This document shows, in pieces, positions 28,974 through 40,031 of a stretch of DNA of 64,000 nucleotides. Numbering within the stretch: position 1 is the stretch's first letter; each line of letters opens with the position of its first letter. The notes under the pieces were generated by a model. The model searched no databases. It worked only from the letters and a program-made list of their open reading frames with translations, and was not told the origin of the DNA. The stretch comes from an uncultured Actinomycetes bacterium. GTDB taxonomy: Bacteria; Actinomycetota; Thermoleophilia; UBA2241. Location: the NCBI GenBank assembly GCA_963833555.1, contig CAWHYB010000002.1, positions 209,666 through 273,665 of the forward strand, in the 5' to 3' direction. The translations under genes were made by a program, and so were the position numbers.

Positions 28974-31874
28974 CTAGCGCAGGCCCTGGAGCTGCTGCAG
29001 GGTGCCCTGCAGGGCGGCGATCTGCTTGCCGTAAGCGGCGAAATCGCCGGCCTTGAGGGCGGCCTGTGCCGCCAGGAACTGGCTGTTGGCCTGGGCGATG
29101 AGGGCCTTGGCCTGCGCCGAGACCTTGCCGGCTGGGGCGGCCGGCCCGGTCGGCGGCGGCGTTGCGCCCGCCGTCGGGCCGGCCGCCGCCGGGGCGGCGC
29201 CGAACACCGCCGTGAGGCTGTCGGCCAGCGTGGGTGTCATGGCGACGCTCTGCTGCCCTCCGAGCACCGTGATGCCGGCCTGTGTACTGGCCCGGTAAAA
29301 GACGATCACCCGCTTCAGCTGCGGCAGCGGCGTCGACGGCGATTGCAAGTAGAGCGGCTGCACGTAGAGCAGTGCATCCTCGATCGGCATGACGAGCAGG
29401 TTGCCGAAGATGACGTGCGAACCGCTCTGATCCCACAGCGTCTTCTGGGAAGAGATGGTCGGGTCTTGATTGATGGCCGCCTCGACCTGAGCGGGACCAT
29501 AGACCGTCGCGCTCTGCGGGAAGGAGAAGCTCACGGCGCGACCGTAGTTGGGCGCGTCGGACTGCGCCCCGAGCCAGCCGATCATGTTCTGTCTCCCGAC
29601 CGGGTTGAACGGCAGGATCTGGACGAACTCCTCCTGGGTCTTACCGGGCAGCCGCATGATCACGTAGTAGGGCTGCATCTGCCCGCTCACCGTGCTGAGC
29701 GACACCCCGGAGGGGATCTGCCACTGGTTACCCTTGTTGTAGAGCACGTCGGGCTGCGTGACGTGGTAGGTCGCGAAGACCTCGGACTGTACGTCGAAGT
29801 AGTCCTGCGGGTAACGCACGTGGGCAACGAGCTCCGAGGGCATGTCGGCGAACGGGGTGAACATGCCGGGGAAGATCTTCTCGTAGGTGCGGATGATGGG
29901 ATCGGTCGGGTCGGCGACGTAGAACTTCATCGAGCCGTTGTACGCGTCGATCACGACCTTCACCGAGTTGCGGATGTAGTTGATGCCGCCCTGCGGCTGC
30001 GAATACGGGTAGCGAGCTGTGGTCGTGTAGGCGTCGACGATCCACCAAAGCTTGCCGTTGGCGATGACCATGTACGGGTGGCTGTCCAGCGTCAGGAACG
30101 GGGCGGCCGCGTGCAGGCGCTGGATGATGTTGTTGCGGATGATGATGCGGCTGTTGCCCTGGATCCCTGTGGCCGTGAAGAACCTGATCGTGCCGAACCG
30201 CAGGCAGAACGCCAGCCTGTTGAAGAACGAGCCGATGGGGATGCCCCCCGCGCCCGCATAGTGGGTGTACACGTCGCCGTTGCCGCCGGGATAGTCGAAT
30301 TCGGCCACCTTGGTGTCGACCAGCGTGTAGTTGTTGCCGATCAGGCCGTAGTAGATGCGCGGCTGGCTGATCGCCAGCGTGGGCGCGCTCGAGACAGGCG
30401 GCACGTTCTGCACCAGGAAGTCGGGCGAGCCGTCGGACGTGACCTGGTTGACGGCTGACACGACGACACCGAAGCCGTGCGTGTAGACGAGATGCTGATT
30501 GACCCACGTCTGGTTCGTGCCCGGCAGCCCGGCGATGTTGATCTCACGCGGCGCGAGCATGGTCTGGCGATACACGCCGTTGACGATGTAGCGGTCGACC
30601 CCGACCGTGGTGAACGAGTAGTACTTCTTCAGCTCCTGGAGCTGCTGGTAGCTGGCGAGCAGCGTCTGCGGGTCCCACAGGCGGATGTTGCGGATGGTGC
30701 CGCTGTTGGCCGCCAGCTTGGCGGTGGTCAGGTCACCCTGCAGGGGGTACGGCGCTTGCGTGATGGCGTTGAGCCGGTACGCGGCGCGTGTCGCGGCGAT
30801 GTTATAGGCGATGTACTTCTGCTCTTTGGAGAGCTGGTTCGGGCTGACCACCAGCGACTGCATCAGGCCGGGGAACGCGACGCGCACGATGATGAGAGCG
30901 ACGACCCAGCCGGCGACGGCGTAGGCGCCCCAGCGCCAGCGGCGGCGCCAGAAGGCGTTGGCGATGAGCAGGGCGCCAAGGGCCCACCCGATGACCATCA
31001 TCACCCGCATGCCCGGCAATCCGGCGTGGATGTCGGTGTAGCCGGCGCCGGCAACGACCCCGCTGTTCGAGAACAGCAGGTTCCAGGCGTTGAGGATGTA
31101 GCCGGTCCCTGCCCATGCGAAGACCAGGCCGAGCAGGAACGACAGGTGGGCGATCGAGGCGGGACGAGGCCTTAGCGCGAAGTTGACGGTCGGGCCTGGG
31201 CCTCGGCCGAACGGCCCGCGTGTCACGCCTGGCGCCTCTTCGACCGGCCCGCCGGGCCGCTGCTGGGGAACGACGAGCCCGCCCAGGACGCCGTGCACGA
31301 TCACCGATGCGATCAGCGCCGCGATCAGCGCGCCCATGATCAGCCCATACGCGGTCTGCCAGGCGGGCAGCGCGAAGACGTAGAAGCCGAGATCGTGATG
31401 GAAGATCGGGTCGCTGCTTCCGAATGGCACACCACTCAGGGCGCGGCGGAACACAAGCCAGTCCGACGAGGCGCCGATGCCGACGATCACAGCGATCACG
31501 ATCGAGAGGAGCAGGCCGCCCAGGCGCAGGCTTTGCACGGTGCGCTCGTTGACGTACTCGACGACGTCGATGCCCTCGAACGCGCGATGGCGCGGCGAGA
31601 GGCGCCGGGCGATCTCGATATTGACGAAGAACACGACGAAGAAGACGGCGCCGCTCGCCGCGCCGACGATCACCCTGCTCCAGATCTGCGTCCAGAACAC
31701 GACGCGCAGATGCACTTCGCCGAACCACAGCCAGTCCGTGTAGGCCATGAGGAACACGACGAACAGCACCACGACGAGCGCGGCGGCGGCGGCGATGATG
31801 CCGACCAGCCGGCCGCGGCGACGCGGCGGCCGGGGCTTCGGCACCTTGGCCGGCATCTGGTAGACCTTGGCCAT
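28974..31874 (-). CDS. UPF0182 family large membrane protein
   Basis: 967 aa from MAKVYQMPAKV. N-terminal multi-TM region with YTDWLWFGEVHLRVVFWTQIW, then a long soluble domain. Uninterrupted. Confidence 0.8.
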   Translation of the reverse strand: MAKVYQMPAKVPKPRPPRRRGRLVGIIAAAAALVVVLFVVFLMAYTDWLWFGEVHLRVVFWTQIWSRVIVGAASGAVFFVVFFVNIEIARRLSPRHRAFEGIDVVEYVNERTVQSLRLGGLLLSIVIAVIVGIGASSDWLVFRRALSGVPFGSSDPIFHHDLGFYVFALPAWQTAYGLIMGALIAALIASVIVHGVLGGLVVPQQRPGGPVEEAPGVTRGPFGRGPGPTVNFALRPRPASIAHLSFLLGLVFAWAGTGYILNAWNLLFSNSGVVAGAGYTDIHAGLPGMRVMMVIGWALGALLIANAFWRRRWRWGAYAVAGWVVALIIVRVAFPGLMQSLVVSPNQLSKEQKYIAYNIAATRAAYRLNAITQAPYPLQGDLTTAKLAANSGTIRNIRLWDPQTLLASYQQLQELKKYYSFTTVGVDRYIVNGVYRQTMLAPREINIAGLPGTNQTWVNQHLVYTHGFGVVVSAVNQVTSDGSPDFLVQNVPPVSSAPTLAISQPRIYYGLIGNNYTLVDTKVAEFDYPGGNGDVYTHYAGAGGIPIGSFFNRLAFCLRFGTIRFFTATGIQGNSRIIIRNNIIQRLHAAAPFLTLDSHPYMVIANGKLWWIVDAYTTTARYPYSQPQGGINYIRNSVKVVIDAYNGSMKFYVADPTDPIIRTYEKIFPGMFTPFADMPSELVAHVRYPQDYFDVQSEVFATYHVTQPDVLYNKGNQWQIPSGVSLSTVSGQMQPYYVIMRLPGKTQEEFVQILPFNPVGRQNMIGWLGAQSDAPNYGRAVSFSFPQSATVYGPAQVEAAINQDPTISSQKTLWDQSGSHVIFGNLLVMPIEDALLYVQPLYLQSPSTPLPQLKRVIVFYRASTQAGITVLGGQQSVAMTPTLADSLTAVFGAAPAAAGPTAGATPPPTGPAAPAGKVSAQAKALIAQANSQFLAAQAALKAGDFAAYGKQIAALQGTLQQLQGLR

Positions 31875-32032
31875 GGCTGCATTATGGCAGAACTGACGCG
31901 ACACCAAGCCATGCGTCGTTGGCGAGGGGCTGCCGTTGGGCGGTGCGGGGGCGACGCGCCTGCGGCGCCGAGGGGCGACGCCCCGGCGCCGCTCGAACGG
32001 TTTGCATCCCAAAATGCAGGGCATTTATCGAC

Positions 32033-32426
32033 AATGAGTATTGCGGACCGGGGTGCGGACCTTCGCCTGTCGGTCAGGATCGACGGCTCGACCGCCATCG
32101 TCACTGCCGAGGGGAATCTCGACGACTACACTGCGTCGTTGCTGCGCGACCGCCTCGCAGCTTGTGTCGACTCCGGAGTCCGTTCGTTCACGCTCGAGCT
32201 ACGGCACATCGCTCTCATCGACAGTTCCGGTCTGAGCGCGCTGGTGTTCGGCTACAAGCTGGCTCGGCGCAATGGTGGCGAGTTCAACCTCTGCGGCGAT
32301 GCCGACCTTGTCGAGAGGCTCCTGCATCGGACCGCGCTCGATCGCGTGATCCCGCTGCAGCCGCCGACCGACGACCTGCTGCATCAGCCGCATCGCCACC
32401 GGTCACAGGCCTCGGGCGAGAAGTAG
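32033..32426 (+). CDS. STAS-domain anti-sigma factor antagonist (RsbV/SpoIIAA-like)
   Basis: TAIVTAEGNLDDYTASLLRDRL...FTLELRHIALIDSSGLSALVFGYKLARRNGGEFNLCG. Confidence 0.75.
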
Positions 32427-32469
32427 ACGGCGCACAGAATCGAACTGAGCGCCGCGGACCGGCTCGGCG

Positions 32470-34653
32470 TCAGGGGCCCATCCGAGCGTCGCGACTGTCA
32501 AGAGGGCTCCAGCGGCGCGCCTCTTCCGCCAGAAACGCCAGGAATCGATTGACCATGCGCGGATCGAAGCTCTTGCCGGCCCCCGCGCGCACGGCCGTGA
32601 CCGGCTCGCGTGAGTCGGCGGCATAGGCGCGCAGCACCGCGAACGCGCGGGCGACCCGGGGGATCGATTCGCCGCGTAGCCCTTCCGGGTAGCCGCGGCC
32701 GTCCCACCGTTCGGTGCCATACAGAAGTGCCGAGAAGAGATGGCTGAACGCGGGCGCCGGCCCGCCGGATCCGGGACCGGGGCCGGCGCCGTTCTCGCCG
32801 GCCAGGTGCAGCTGCGGACCAGGTCGTGAGGTCCCGAGTACCTGGAGGGCGGCGGCCAGGGCCACGGCCTCTTCGTGCGTCAGGCCCGCGCGCACGGCGA
32901 ACCGATACCCCAGCCCAGAGAGCGGGCTCTCGTCGGCCTCGGCCGGCATGATGGCGGGCGCTTCGTCGCCGTAGCTGTGCACGCAGTCGCGGCCGCGCGC
33001 CTTGGCCGCCAGCAGCGCACCGTCGGCGGCGCCCAGGATGCCGTCGCTGTCGTTCGCGTCACGCGGGAAGCGCGGCGACACCGATCGACACGGTGACCGA
33101 CACGGACGGCTCCAGCGAGGACAGTCTCGGCCACCTGGGCGCGGATACGCTCGGCCACCTGGCGCGCCTCGGCGAGGTCGGTGTGCGGCAGGATCATGGC
33201 GAATTCCTCGCCGCCGTAGCGGGCGGCGAAGTCCGATTCGCGTGAGCAGCGCTGAGGACCGCGGCGACGTCGCGCAGCACGTCGTCGCCGCGCTGGTGAC
33301 CGACGGTGTCGTTGACGGCCTTGAAGCGGTCGAGGTCCATCATGAGCAGGCAGAACTGCGCGTCGTAGCGCTCGGCGCGCGCGACCTCGAGCGCGAGCGC
33401 CTCCTGGAAGCGGCGGTGGTTGAACAGGCCGGTGAGACCGTCGGTGGAGGCCTGCACCTCCATCTCCTTGTAGGACGCGCGCGTTGCGGATCGCGATGGC
33501 GGCCAGGTTGGCGAACAGCTGCACGATCTCGAGCTCGCGGCTGCTCGAACGTGCGCCCGCCGAGCCGGTCGATGGCGAGCAGGCCGATGACCGCGCCCAT
33601 GAAGCGCAGCGGCACGAGGATGGAGGCCTGCTGCTCGAGGTCGGTGCCCGGCACGACGCACGGCCGCGCGGATCGGCGTTCATGTCGTTGATCAGCTGCG
33701 GCTCGTCGTGGCGCACCACCCAGCCGCCGACGCCCTGGTCGAGCGGCTGCCGGAACTCGCATCATCTCGGTCGGCCCACTTGTCCTGGGCGAAGATCGTG
33801 ACCAGCTCGCTGGCCGTCTCGTCGACGAGCGCGATGTCGATGGTGTCGTAGTCGACGAGCGTCTTGAGCACGTCGGCGATCTGCCCGAACACGGCCGTGT
33901 GGTCGAGCGTCGACAGCAGCGACCCGCGACAGGTCGAGCAGGTCGTGACGCACCTCGAGCTGCTGCTCGAGCAGCTCGGTCGTGCGCGCTGCAGCTCCTC
34001 GTACTGGCGGGCGCTCTCGATGGCCGCGATCGGCGAAGGTCGCGAAGACCTCGAGCTCGCTTGGCGAGGTCGAGCGTCGGGCAGCCGGCGATCGGACGGG
34101 TCGGCGAGGTCGAGCACGCCGATCGACGCGGTCGGCGCGGTCGCGCAGCGGCACGAGCAGGCGTGTCGTCGCTCTGCCACTCGCCGGCGGCGCGCGCCCG
34201 AGGGTCGGCGCCGGGAAGCAGGCGCTGTCTCGTCGGGCCGACGGCTCGTGCGTCGCGATGTCGACGAAGAAGGCGCAGCCGATCTGGTGCCGCTCGACCA
34301 GGAGGCGTTCGAGCAGGCCTCGGCCGGGACCGGCGTCGTCGAGGATCGTGCGGTCGACGCGCCTCGTCGCGCCCGACGACGGCGTGCGCGCGGAACAAGG
34401 GCTCCGTCGGGCTCGCGCAGGTAGACCGCGATCTCGTTGAAGCCGAACGTGCGGGCGGACGGCCGTGGCGATGGCGCGCACGACGCCGCCGAGGTCGGGG
34501 CTGGAGCGCAGCAGGTTGCCGAGCTGCACGAGACTAGCGAGCAGCCCGTCCGGTCCGGACCAGGATGATGCGTCCTTGAAGAACAGACCCAGCGGAGACT
34601 CCCCCTTGTGCGCGCCCACCAGCGCGCCGTGCCGTCGCAACGACACGCCTATA
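32470..34653 (-). pseudogene. GAF-GAF-GGDEF diguanylate cyclase with a degenerate HD-GYP-like tail; many frameshifts
   Basis: Pieces lie in three frames: GAF ([115 protein letters not shown]), GGDEF ([50 protein letters not shown]) and a tail ERWDGRGYPEGLRGESIP. Confidence 0.65.
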
Positions 34654-34786
34654 GTACCCCCTGCACCGTGGGATACGCCGCGTCCGGGCGCTCTACGTTC
34701 GGCATTCTGTAGCCGGATCTGTCGACGGCCGTGCGGTCGAGCCTGGCGGGGGCGGGAGTGCGAGGGGAAGTCGCGTCTGAAACGGG

Positions 34787-34825
34787 GCGGGAGCGGGCGG
34801 GGCCGGAGACCCCGCCCGCTCCCGC
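34787..34825 (-). terminator. GC-rich hairpin (16-bp perfect stem) after kce
   Basis: GCGGGAGCGGGCGGGG-ccggaga-CCCCGCCCGCTCCCGC, located 40 nt downstream of the stop at 34865. Confidence 0.6.
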
Positions 34826-34864
34826 AGTCGTCTGCGGCGCCGGTCGTCCCGGCCGGCGCCGCTC

Positions 34865-35697
34865 CTACTTGTCGTACGGCGGCAGCTTGAGGATGCGGCG
34901 CGCCTCGTCGGGAGTGGCACAGTCCCTGTCCCACTCCTGCGCGAGGCGCGCCACGCGCGCCACGAGCTGGGCGTTGCTCGTCGGCCAGCACGCCCTTGTG
35001 GTAGAAGACGTTGTCCTCGAAGCCGAGGCGCACGTTGCCGCCCAGCGCGAGCGCCGTCATCGTGACCGGCATGTGCCAGCGGCCGATGCCGGTGCAGGTC
35101 CAGGTCGAGCCGTCGGGCAGCCGGTCGACCAGGAAGACGAGGTTGCGCGGCTCGCCGCTCATGCGAGCCCGGCACGCCGAGCACGAAGTCCCAGTGCAGT
35201 AAGCGGTCCGGCCGGACCGAACTTCTTGACCAGCTTGAGCGCGTTGTCGATCTGGCCGGCCTCGAAGATCTCGAACTCGGGACGCACGCCCGGCGGCCTT
35301 CTGGCGCTGGTAGAACTCGCTCATCAGCGCCGTGTCGTTGAAGAACACGTCGTCGCCGAAGTTCGCCGTGCCGGTCGTCAGCGAGGCCATCTCGGGCTTG
35401 AGCTCGAGCGGCTGCAGGCGCTCGTCGGCCGTCATGCCCATGGCGCCGCCGGTCGAGGTCTGGATGATGATGTCGGTGCGCTTGCGGATCTCTTCGATGG
35501 CCGCCGCGAACACCTCTCGTGCCTGCGTCGGGTTGCCGGCGGCGTCGCGCACGTGCAGGTGGTACATGCGAGGCGCCGGCCTCGCGGCAGCGGGCCGCGT
35601 CGGCGCCGATCTCCGCGGCGCTCACCGGCAGGGCCGGCTGCGCCTCCTTGGTCGTCTCGGCGCCGACGCCGGCGACGGTGATGATCAGCTTGTCCAT
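34865..35697 (-). pseudogene. kce: BKACE family enzyme (3-keto-5-aminohexanoate cleavage enzyme-like, DUF849); frameshifted
   Basis: MDKLIITVAGVGAETTK..., YHLHVRDAAGNP, IIIQTSTGGAMG, LKPEMASLTTGTANFGDDVFFN, GIGRWHMPVTMTALALGGNVRLGFEDNVFYHKGVLA and AQLVARVARLA match Kce signatures. They are split over frames 34693..35697 and 33762..35567. The length is not a multiple of 3. Confidence 0.75.
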
Positions 35698-35698
35698 G

Positions 35699-36987
35699 TC
35701 AGCCTCCTACTTCGTGCCAGGGATGGCTCTCGGCCACGTAGGCGAGCGCTCTCCTCGACCACGTCGAGGGCACGCGTCGAGGTCGTCTTCGGTGTGGCGG
35801 TAGGCGATGTACCAGTGGTGATACGGCTGCACGAACAGGCCGCGGCGGATGCACTGCGTGTAGAACTCGGTGCGGCGCTCCTTGTAGTGATCGTCGACGT
35901 GGTCGAAGGTGAGGAACGGCATCGGCGGGATGCCCGACTTGGTGACCGGCACGCCCGAGGCGTCGACGATCTGCGCCGAGACGCTCGAGGAAGCGCGTGC
36001 CGCGCTCCCAGATCGCGTCCTGCACCTTCTCGCGCTCGAGGATCTCGAGGCACTTCATGCTGGCCGCCATCTCGAGGCTGTTGGGGAAGTAGGTCGAGCT
36101 CAGGAAGGCGTCCTTGACGTAGACGCTCATGATCTCGCGCTTGCCGACCAGGGCGGCGATGGAGTAGCCGTTGGCCATCGCCTTGCCGACCGTGGTCAGG
36201 TCGGGCGTCACGCCGTAGCGCTCGCTGGCGCCGCCCATGGACACGCGAAAGCCGGTGCGGATCTCGTCGAAGGTGAGCACGGCGCCGTTCTTGTGCGCGA
36301 GCTCCTTGACCGCCTCGCAGGTAGCCGGGCGGCGGCGGCGATGATCGGCTTGGCCATGGGGTGGCCGACCGGGGTGATGATGACGCCGGCGACCTTGCCG
36401 GGGTTCTCGGCGAAGACGCGCTCGAGGTCCTCGATCTTGCCGTACTCGAACTCCTTGGTGAGCTCGCCAGACGGCCTGCGGCACGCCGCCGTGGTGCTCG
36501 ACGCACCAGTCGCCCCAGCCGTGGTAGCCGCAGCGGGCGATGACGTCGCGGCCGGTGTGCGGCGCGCATCGCGCGCACGGCGGCGTTGGTGGCGTCGGAG
36601 CCGGTCTTGACGAGGATCGTCTGCTCGCCGCAGGGCATGATGTCGGCGAGACGCTCCTCGAGCTCGTTCTGCAGCGGCTGCACGAGGCTGAAGCAGAAGC
36701 CCTTGTCCATCTGCGCCTTGGCGGCGTCGTTGATCTCGGGCTCGACGTAGCCGAGGATGATCGGCCCGTAGGCGCAGAGCATGTCGATGTACTCGTTGCC
36801 GTCGACGTCGAAGATGTGGCCGCCCTTGCCGTGGGTGATGAAGACCGGGTACTCGCCGACGACGAAGTTGTAGGGCCGGCGGATGCCGCCGACGCCGCCG
36901 GGCGTGAGCCGCTGGGCGTCGTCGAGCATCGACATGGACTTGGTGAGGGTGAGCGGCGGCGCGCTCTGACGCTGTCTTGGTGGTCAT
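35699..36987 (-). pseudogene. Class-III PLP aminotransferase / glutamate-1-semialdehyde aminomutase-like; several frameshifts
   Basis: LTPGGVGGIRRP...FITHGKGGHIFDVDGNEYIDMLCAYGPIILGY, VKTGSDATNAAVRAMRA, VAGVIITPV, LTFDEIRTGFRVSMGGASERYGVTPDLTTVGKAMANGYSIAALVG and FVQPYHHWYIAYRHTEDDLD are distributed over three frames. The stop at 35699 is adjacent to the kce ATG. Confidence 0.7.
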
Positions 36988-37104
36988 GATGGCTCCTTCG
37001 TTGCTGGAGATTGACTCGATTGTATGCGCTTCACACGCCGTGCGGCGCCGAGGCGATGAGCGCTTGGGCCGAACGTCGCCGGACCGTGACGACCGCGCGG
37101 CGGG

Positions 37105-38139
37105 TCAGCCCGGATCGGTAAGCTGACGGCAGAGCGCGGCGCGGCGGACTCCGTCGCGGTCGCCCCACCGGGCGTCGCCGCTCACGGCGTGGGCTCCAGC
37201 GACGCGTGACCTGGTCTTCGCGCTCCCCGAAGAGCACGACGAGCAGCGCCGGCGACGCACGATCAGGGCGCCGCCGACGATGGTCCAGCACCGAGATGCC
37301 CTGGCCCAGCAGCAGAAGCGCGTAGAGGGGCGCCGACACCGGCTCGAGGTAGCCCAGGATCGAGGCGTGCTGCACGCTGATCGCGGCCCACGCCCTCCGT
37401 CCACATGGTGTAGGCGAGGGCCGTGCAGACCACGCCGAGGATCGAGGCCGGCGACGAGGTCGCGGGTGCGTCAGCCGGTAGCCCGCGCCGACCGTCTGCC
37501 AGAGCGCCAGGGGCAGCAGGACGAGCGCGTCGCAGCCAGGCCTCGGTGAAGACGATCGTGACGCGCCGACGACGCGGCCGGTGAGGTCCTTGACGACGAG
37601 CTGGAAGACCGCGTAGCCGAGCGCCGGCCGCGAGGCCGGCGACCACGCCGCCGGTCGACAGCCTGACCCCCTCGCCCGAGCAGTGACGGCGCGAGGATCA
37701 CGGCCAGGCCGGCAAGGGCGAGCGCCAGGGCCGGGTAGACGATGCGGCTCGGTCCTGGCCTTGAAGATGCGCGGCGCCACCAGCGCGACCCAGACCGGCG
37801 CCAGGAACTGCAGGAACATGCCGATGGCGACGCTCGTGCTCGCGGATGGCGACGAAGAACAGCAGCAGGGTGAACGCGTCGACGAGGCCCATGACGAGCA
37901 GCCGCGGCCGGACGCCCGTGCCGCGGACGCCGGCCAGCGGCCGCCGGCGCGCGAAGAGCGACGCCGAGCACGAGGCCGGCGGTCACGAAGCGGATCACGA
38001 GCAGCGCGCTCTCGGGCGCGGTCGTCCAGGCGACGAGCGCGCCGATCGAGACCCATGATCAGGTACGACCCGGCGACCAGCAGGTAGCCCTGGCCGAGGT
38101 GAGGCGGCGGCGCGCGGCGAGACCGACGGCGCCGCTCAC
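37105..38139 (-). pseudogene. EamA/DMT family transporter, paralog d; several frameshifts, 3' end uncertain
   Basis: VAIGMFLQFLAPVWVALVAPRIF, ALGYAVFQLVVKDLTG, LLPLALWQTVGAGYRLT and ISVQHASILGYLEPVSAPLYALLLLGQGIS occur in alternating frames. The GTG start overlaps the stop of paralog c. Confidence 0.55.
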
Positions 38140-39084
38140 AACAGCGCCATCTCGGCCGATTGCTGCTCGGGCGCACCGAACACGACCACGAGGATGCCGG
38201 CGACGACGATGAGCGCGCCTCCGGCGAGCGTCGTCGCCGCCGTCGCCCTCGCCCAGCAGCAGCAGCGCATAGAGCGGCGCGCTGAGCGGCTCGAGGTAGC
38301 CCAGGATCGAGGCGTGCTCGACGCGGATGCGGCGGATGCCCTCGACGAAGATGACGTAGGGGACGGCGGTGCAGACCAGCGCCAGTACGAGCACCACGCC
38401 GAGATCGTGGGTGGTCAGCCGGAAGCCGGTGGCGGCCATCTGCCAGGCCGCCAGCGGCAGCAGGAAGACGACGTCGAGCACCATCTCGCTGAGGGCGATC
38501 GTGACGCTGCGGGTGGTGCGCGTCAGCGCCTTGGTCATGAGCGCGTAGCCGGCGTAGGTGAGACCGGTGGCCACGCCGCAGAGCGACGCCGAGGGTCGAG
38601 AGACGGTGCGCGCCGACGAGGCCGGGCAGCAGGATCACCGCCATGCCGGCGAGCGCCAGACCAAGGGCGGGATAGACGACCCGGTCCGGGCGCTGCCCGA
38701 GCAGGCGCGGCGCCAGCAGGGCCACGTAGACGGGCCCGGTGAACAGCAGGAACATGGCGATGGCGACGTCGGTCAGACGCAGGGCGATGAAGAAGAACAG
38801 CAGCGTCGTGGCGCTGAACGTGCCCATGATGAGCAAGCGGATCGACCACACGCCGGTCGCGCAGCTCGGCGAGCATCGCGCGGCCGCGCGAAGACGACGG
38901 CCACGACCGACGCGGCGATCGCCATGCGGGCCACGATGAGGGCGCTCTCGGGCATCGTCGTCATGCGCACCAGCACGCCGATCGAGCCCCAGACGAGGAA
39001 GCTCGCCGTGGCGAGGCCGTAGCCGAGGCGGTCGCGTCGCGGCGGCGCGACGGCGGCGCCTGCGGCGCCGTTCGCCGCCGCCAT
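38136..39084 (-). pseudogene. EamA/DMT family transporter, paralog c; several frameshifts
   Basis: MAAANGAAG...LATASFLVWGSIGVLVRMT, IRLLIMGTFSATTLLFFFIALRLTDVAIAMFLLFTGPVYVALLAPRLL, GLTYAGYALMTKAL and RVEHASILGYLEPLSAPLYALLLLGEG. My retranslated tail is TLAGGALIVVAGILVVVFGAPEQQSAEMALL, stop at 38136. Confidence 0.55.
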
Positions 39085-40031
39085 CAGGCGTCCGCCCTGT
39101 CGGGCAGCGCGCCGTCGGCCAGCGCCAGCGACGGCAGTTCGGGCTCGGCATCGGCGCTGCCGTAGCGCACCACGATCACGCCGGCGCCGATGATCAAGCG
39201 CGCCGCCGGCGATCGTCCACCACGACGGCACCTGGCGCAGGAACAGCAGCGCGTAGACGCGGCGCCGTCACCGGCTCGAGGTAGCCCATGATGGCGGAGT
39301 GCTGCACCTTGATGAAGTGCATGCCGTCCATGATCAGGCTGAAGGTCAAGGCTGTGCAGACGACGCCAAGGACCGCCGCGACGATGATGTTGCGGGGGGT
39401 GAAGTCGGAGGCCGACGACTGCGTCAGGCCGAGCGGCACGAGCAGCACCACGGCCATGGCGCACATGGCGAAGACGATGGTGGTGGCGTGCACCCCGCGG
39501 TGACGCAGCTGCTTGCCGCCGATGAGGTAGACCGAGTACATCGCGCCCGCGATCACGGCGAAGAACAGGCCGTAGGCGGTCAGCTGGAGGCCGTTGCCGG
39601 TGAGTCCGGGCACCAGGATCAGCGCCATGCCGCCGAGGCCGACCGCCAGGGCGACGTACACTGCCTTCTCCGTCCGGCCGCCTTCAAGGTAGGGCGCCAC
39701 GAACGCCACATACACGGGCGCAAGGTACGAGAGGAAGATGGCGATCGCCACACCGGTCTGGCGGATGGCGATGAAGTAGCTCAGCAGGTTGAGCGCCAGC
39801 GCGACGCCGCAGACCAGCAGGCGGATCGTGGTCCCCCGGTCGGCCACGAGCGCCTGCCAGTCGCGGCGCGCAGCCACGACGATACCCAGCGCCAGACCCG
39901 GCGAAGCACATGCGCAGTGCGACGAGCATGCTGGCCGACATCGTCGCGTAGGTGACCAGCGTGCCGATCGCGCCGTCGATGAGCCCGGCGGCGAGTGTCT
40001 CGGCGTAGCCGCGGGCGCGGCGCGCGTTCAC
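39084..40031 (-). pseudogene. EamA/DMT family transporter, paralog b; frameshifts near 39890 and 39190-39240
   Basis: The central 227 aa are intact in ORF 39194..39877 (IAIRQTGVAIAIFLSYLAPVYVAFVAP...VQHSAIMGYLEPVTAP). The N- and C-terminal parts are in other frames. The GTG start overlaps the stop of paralog a, and the stop overlaps the ATG of paralog c. Confidence 0.6.
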
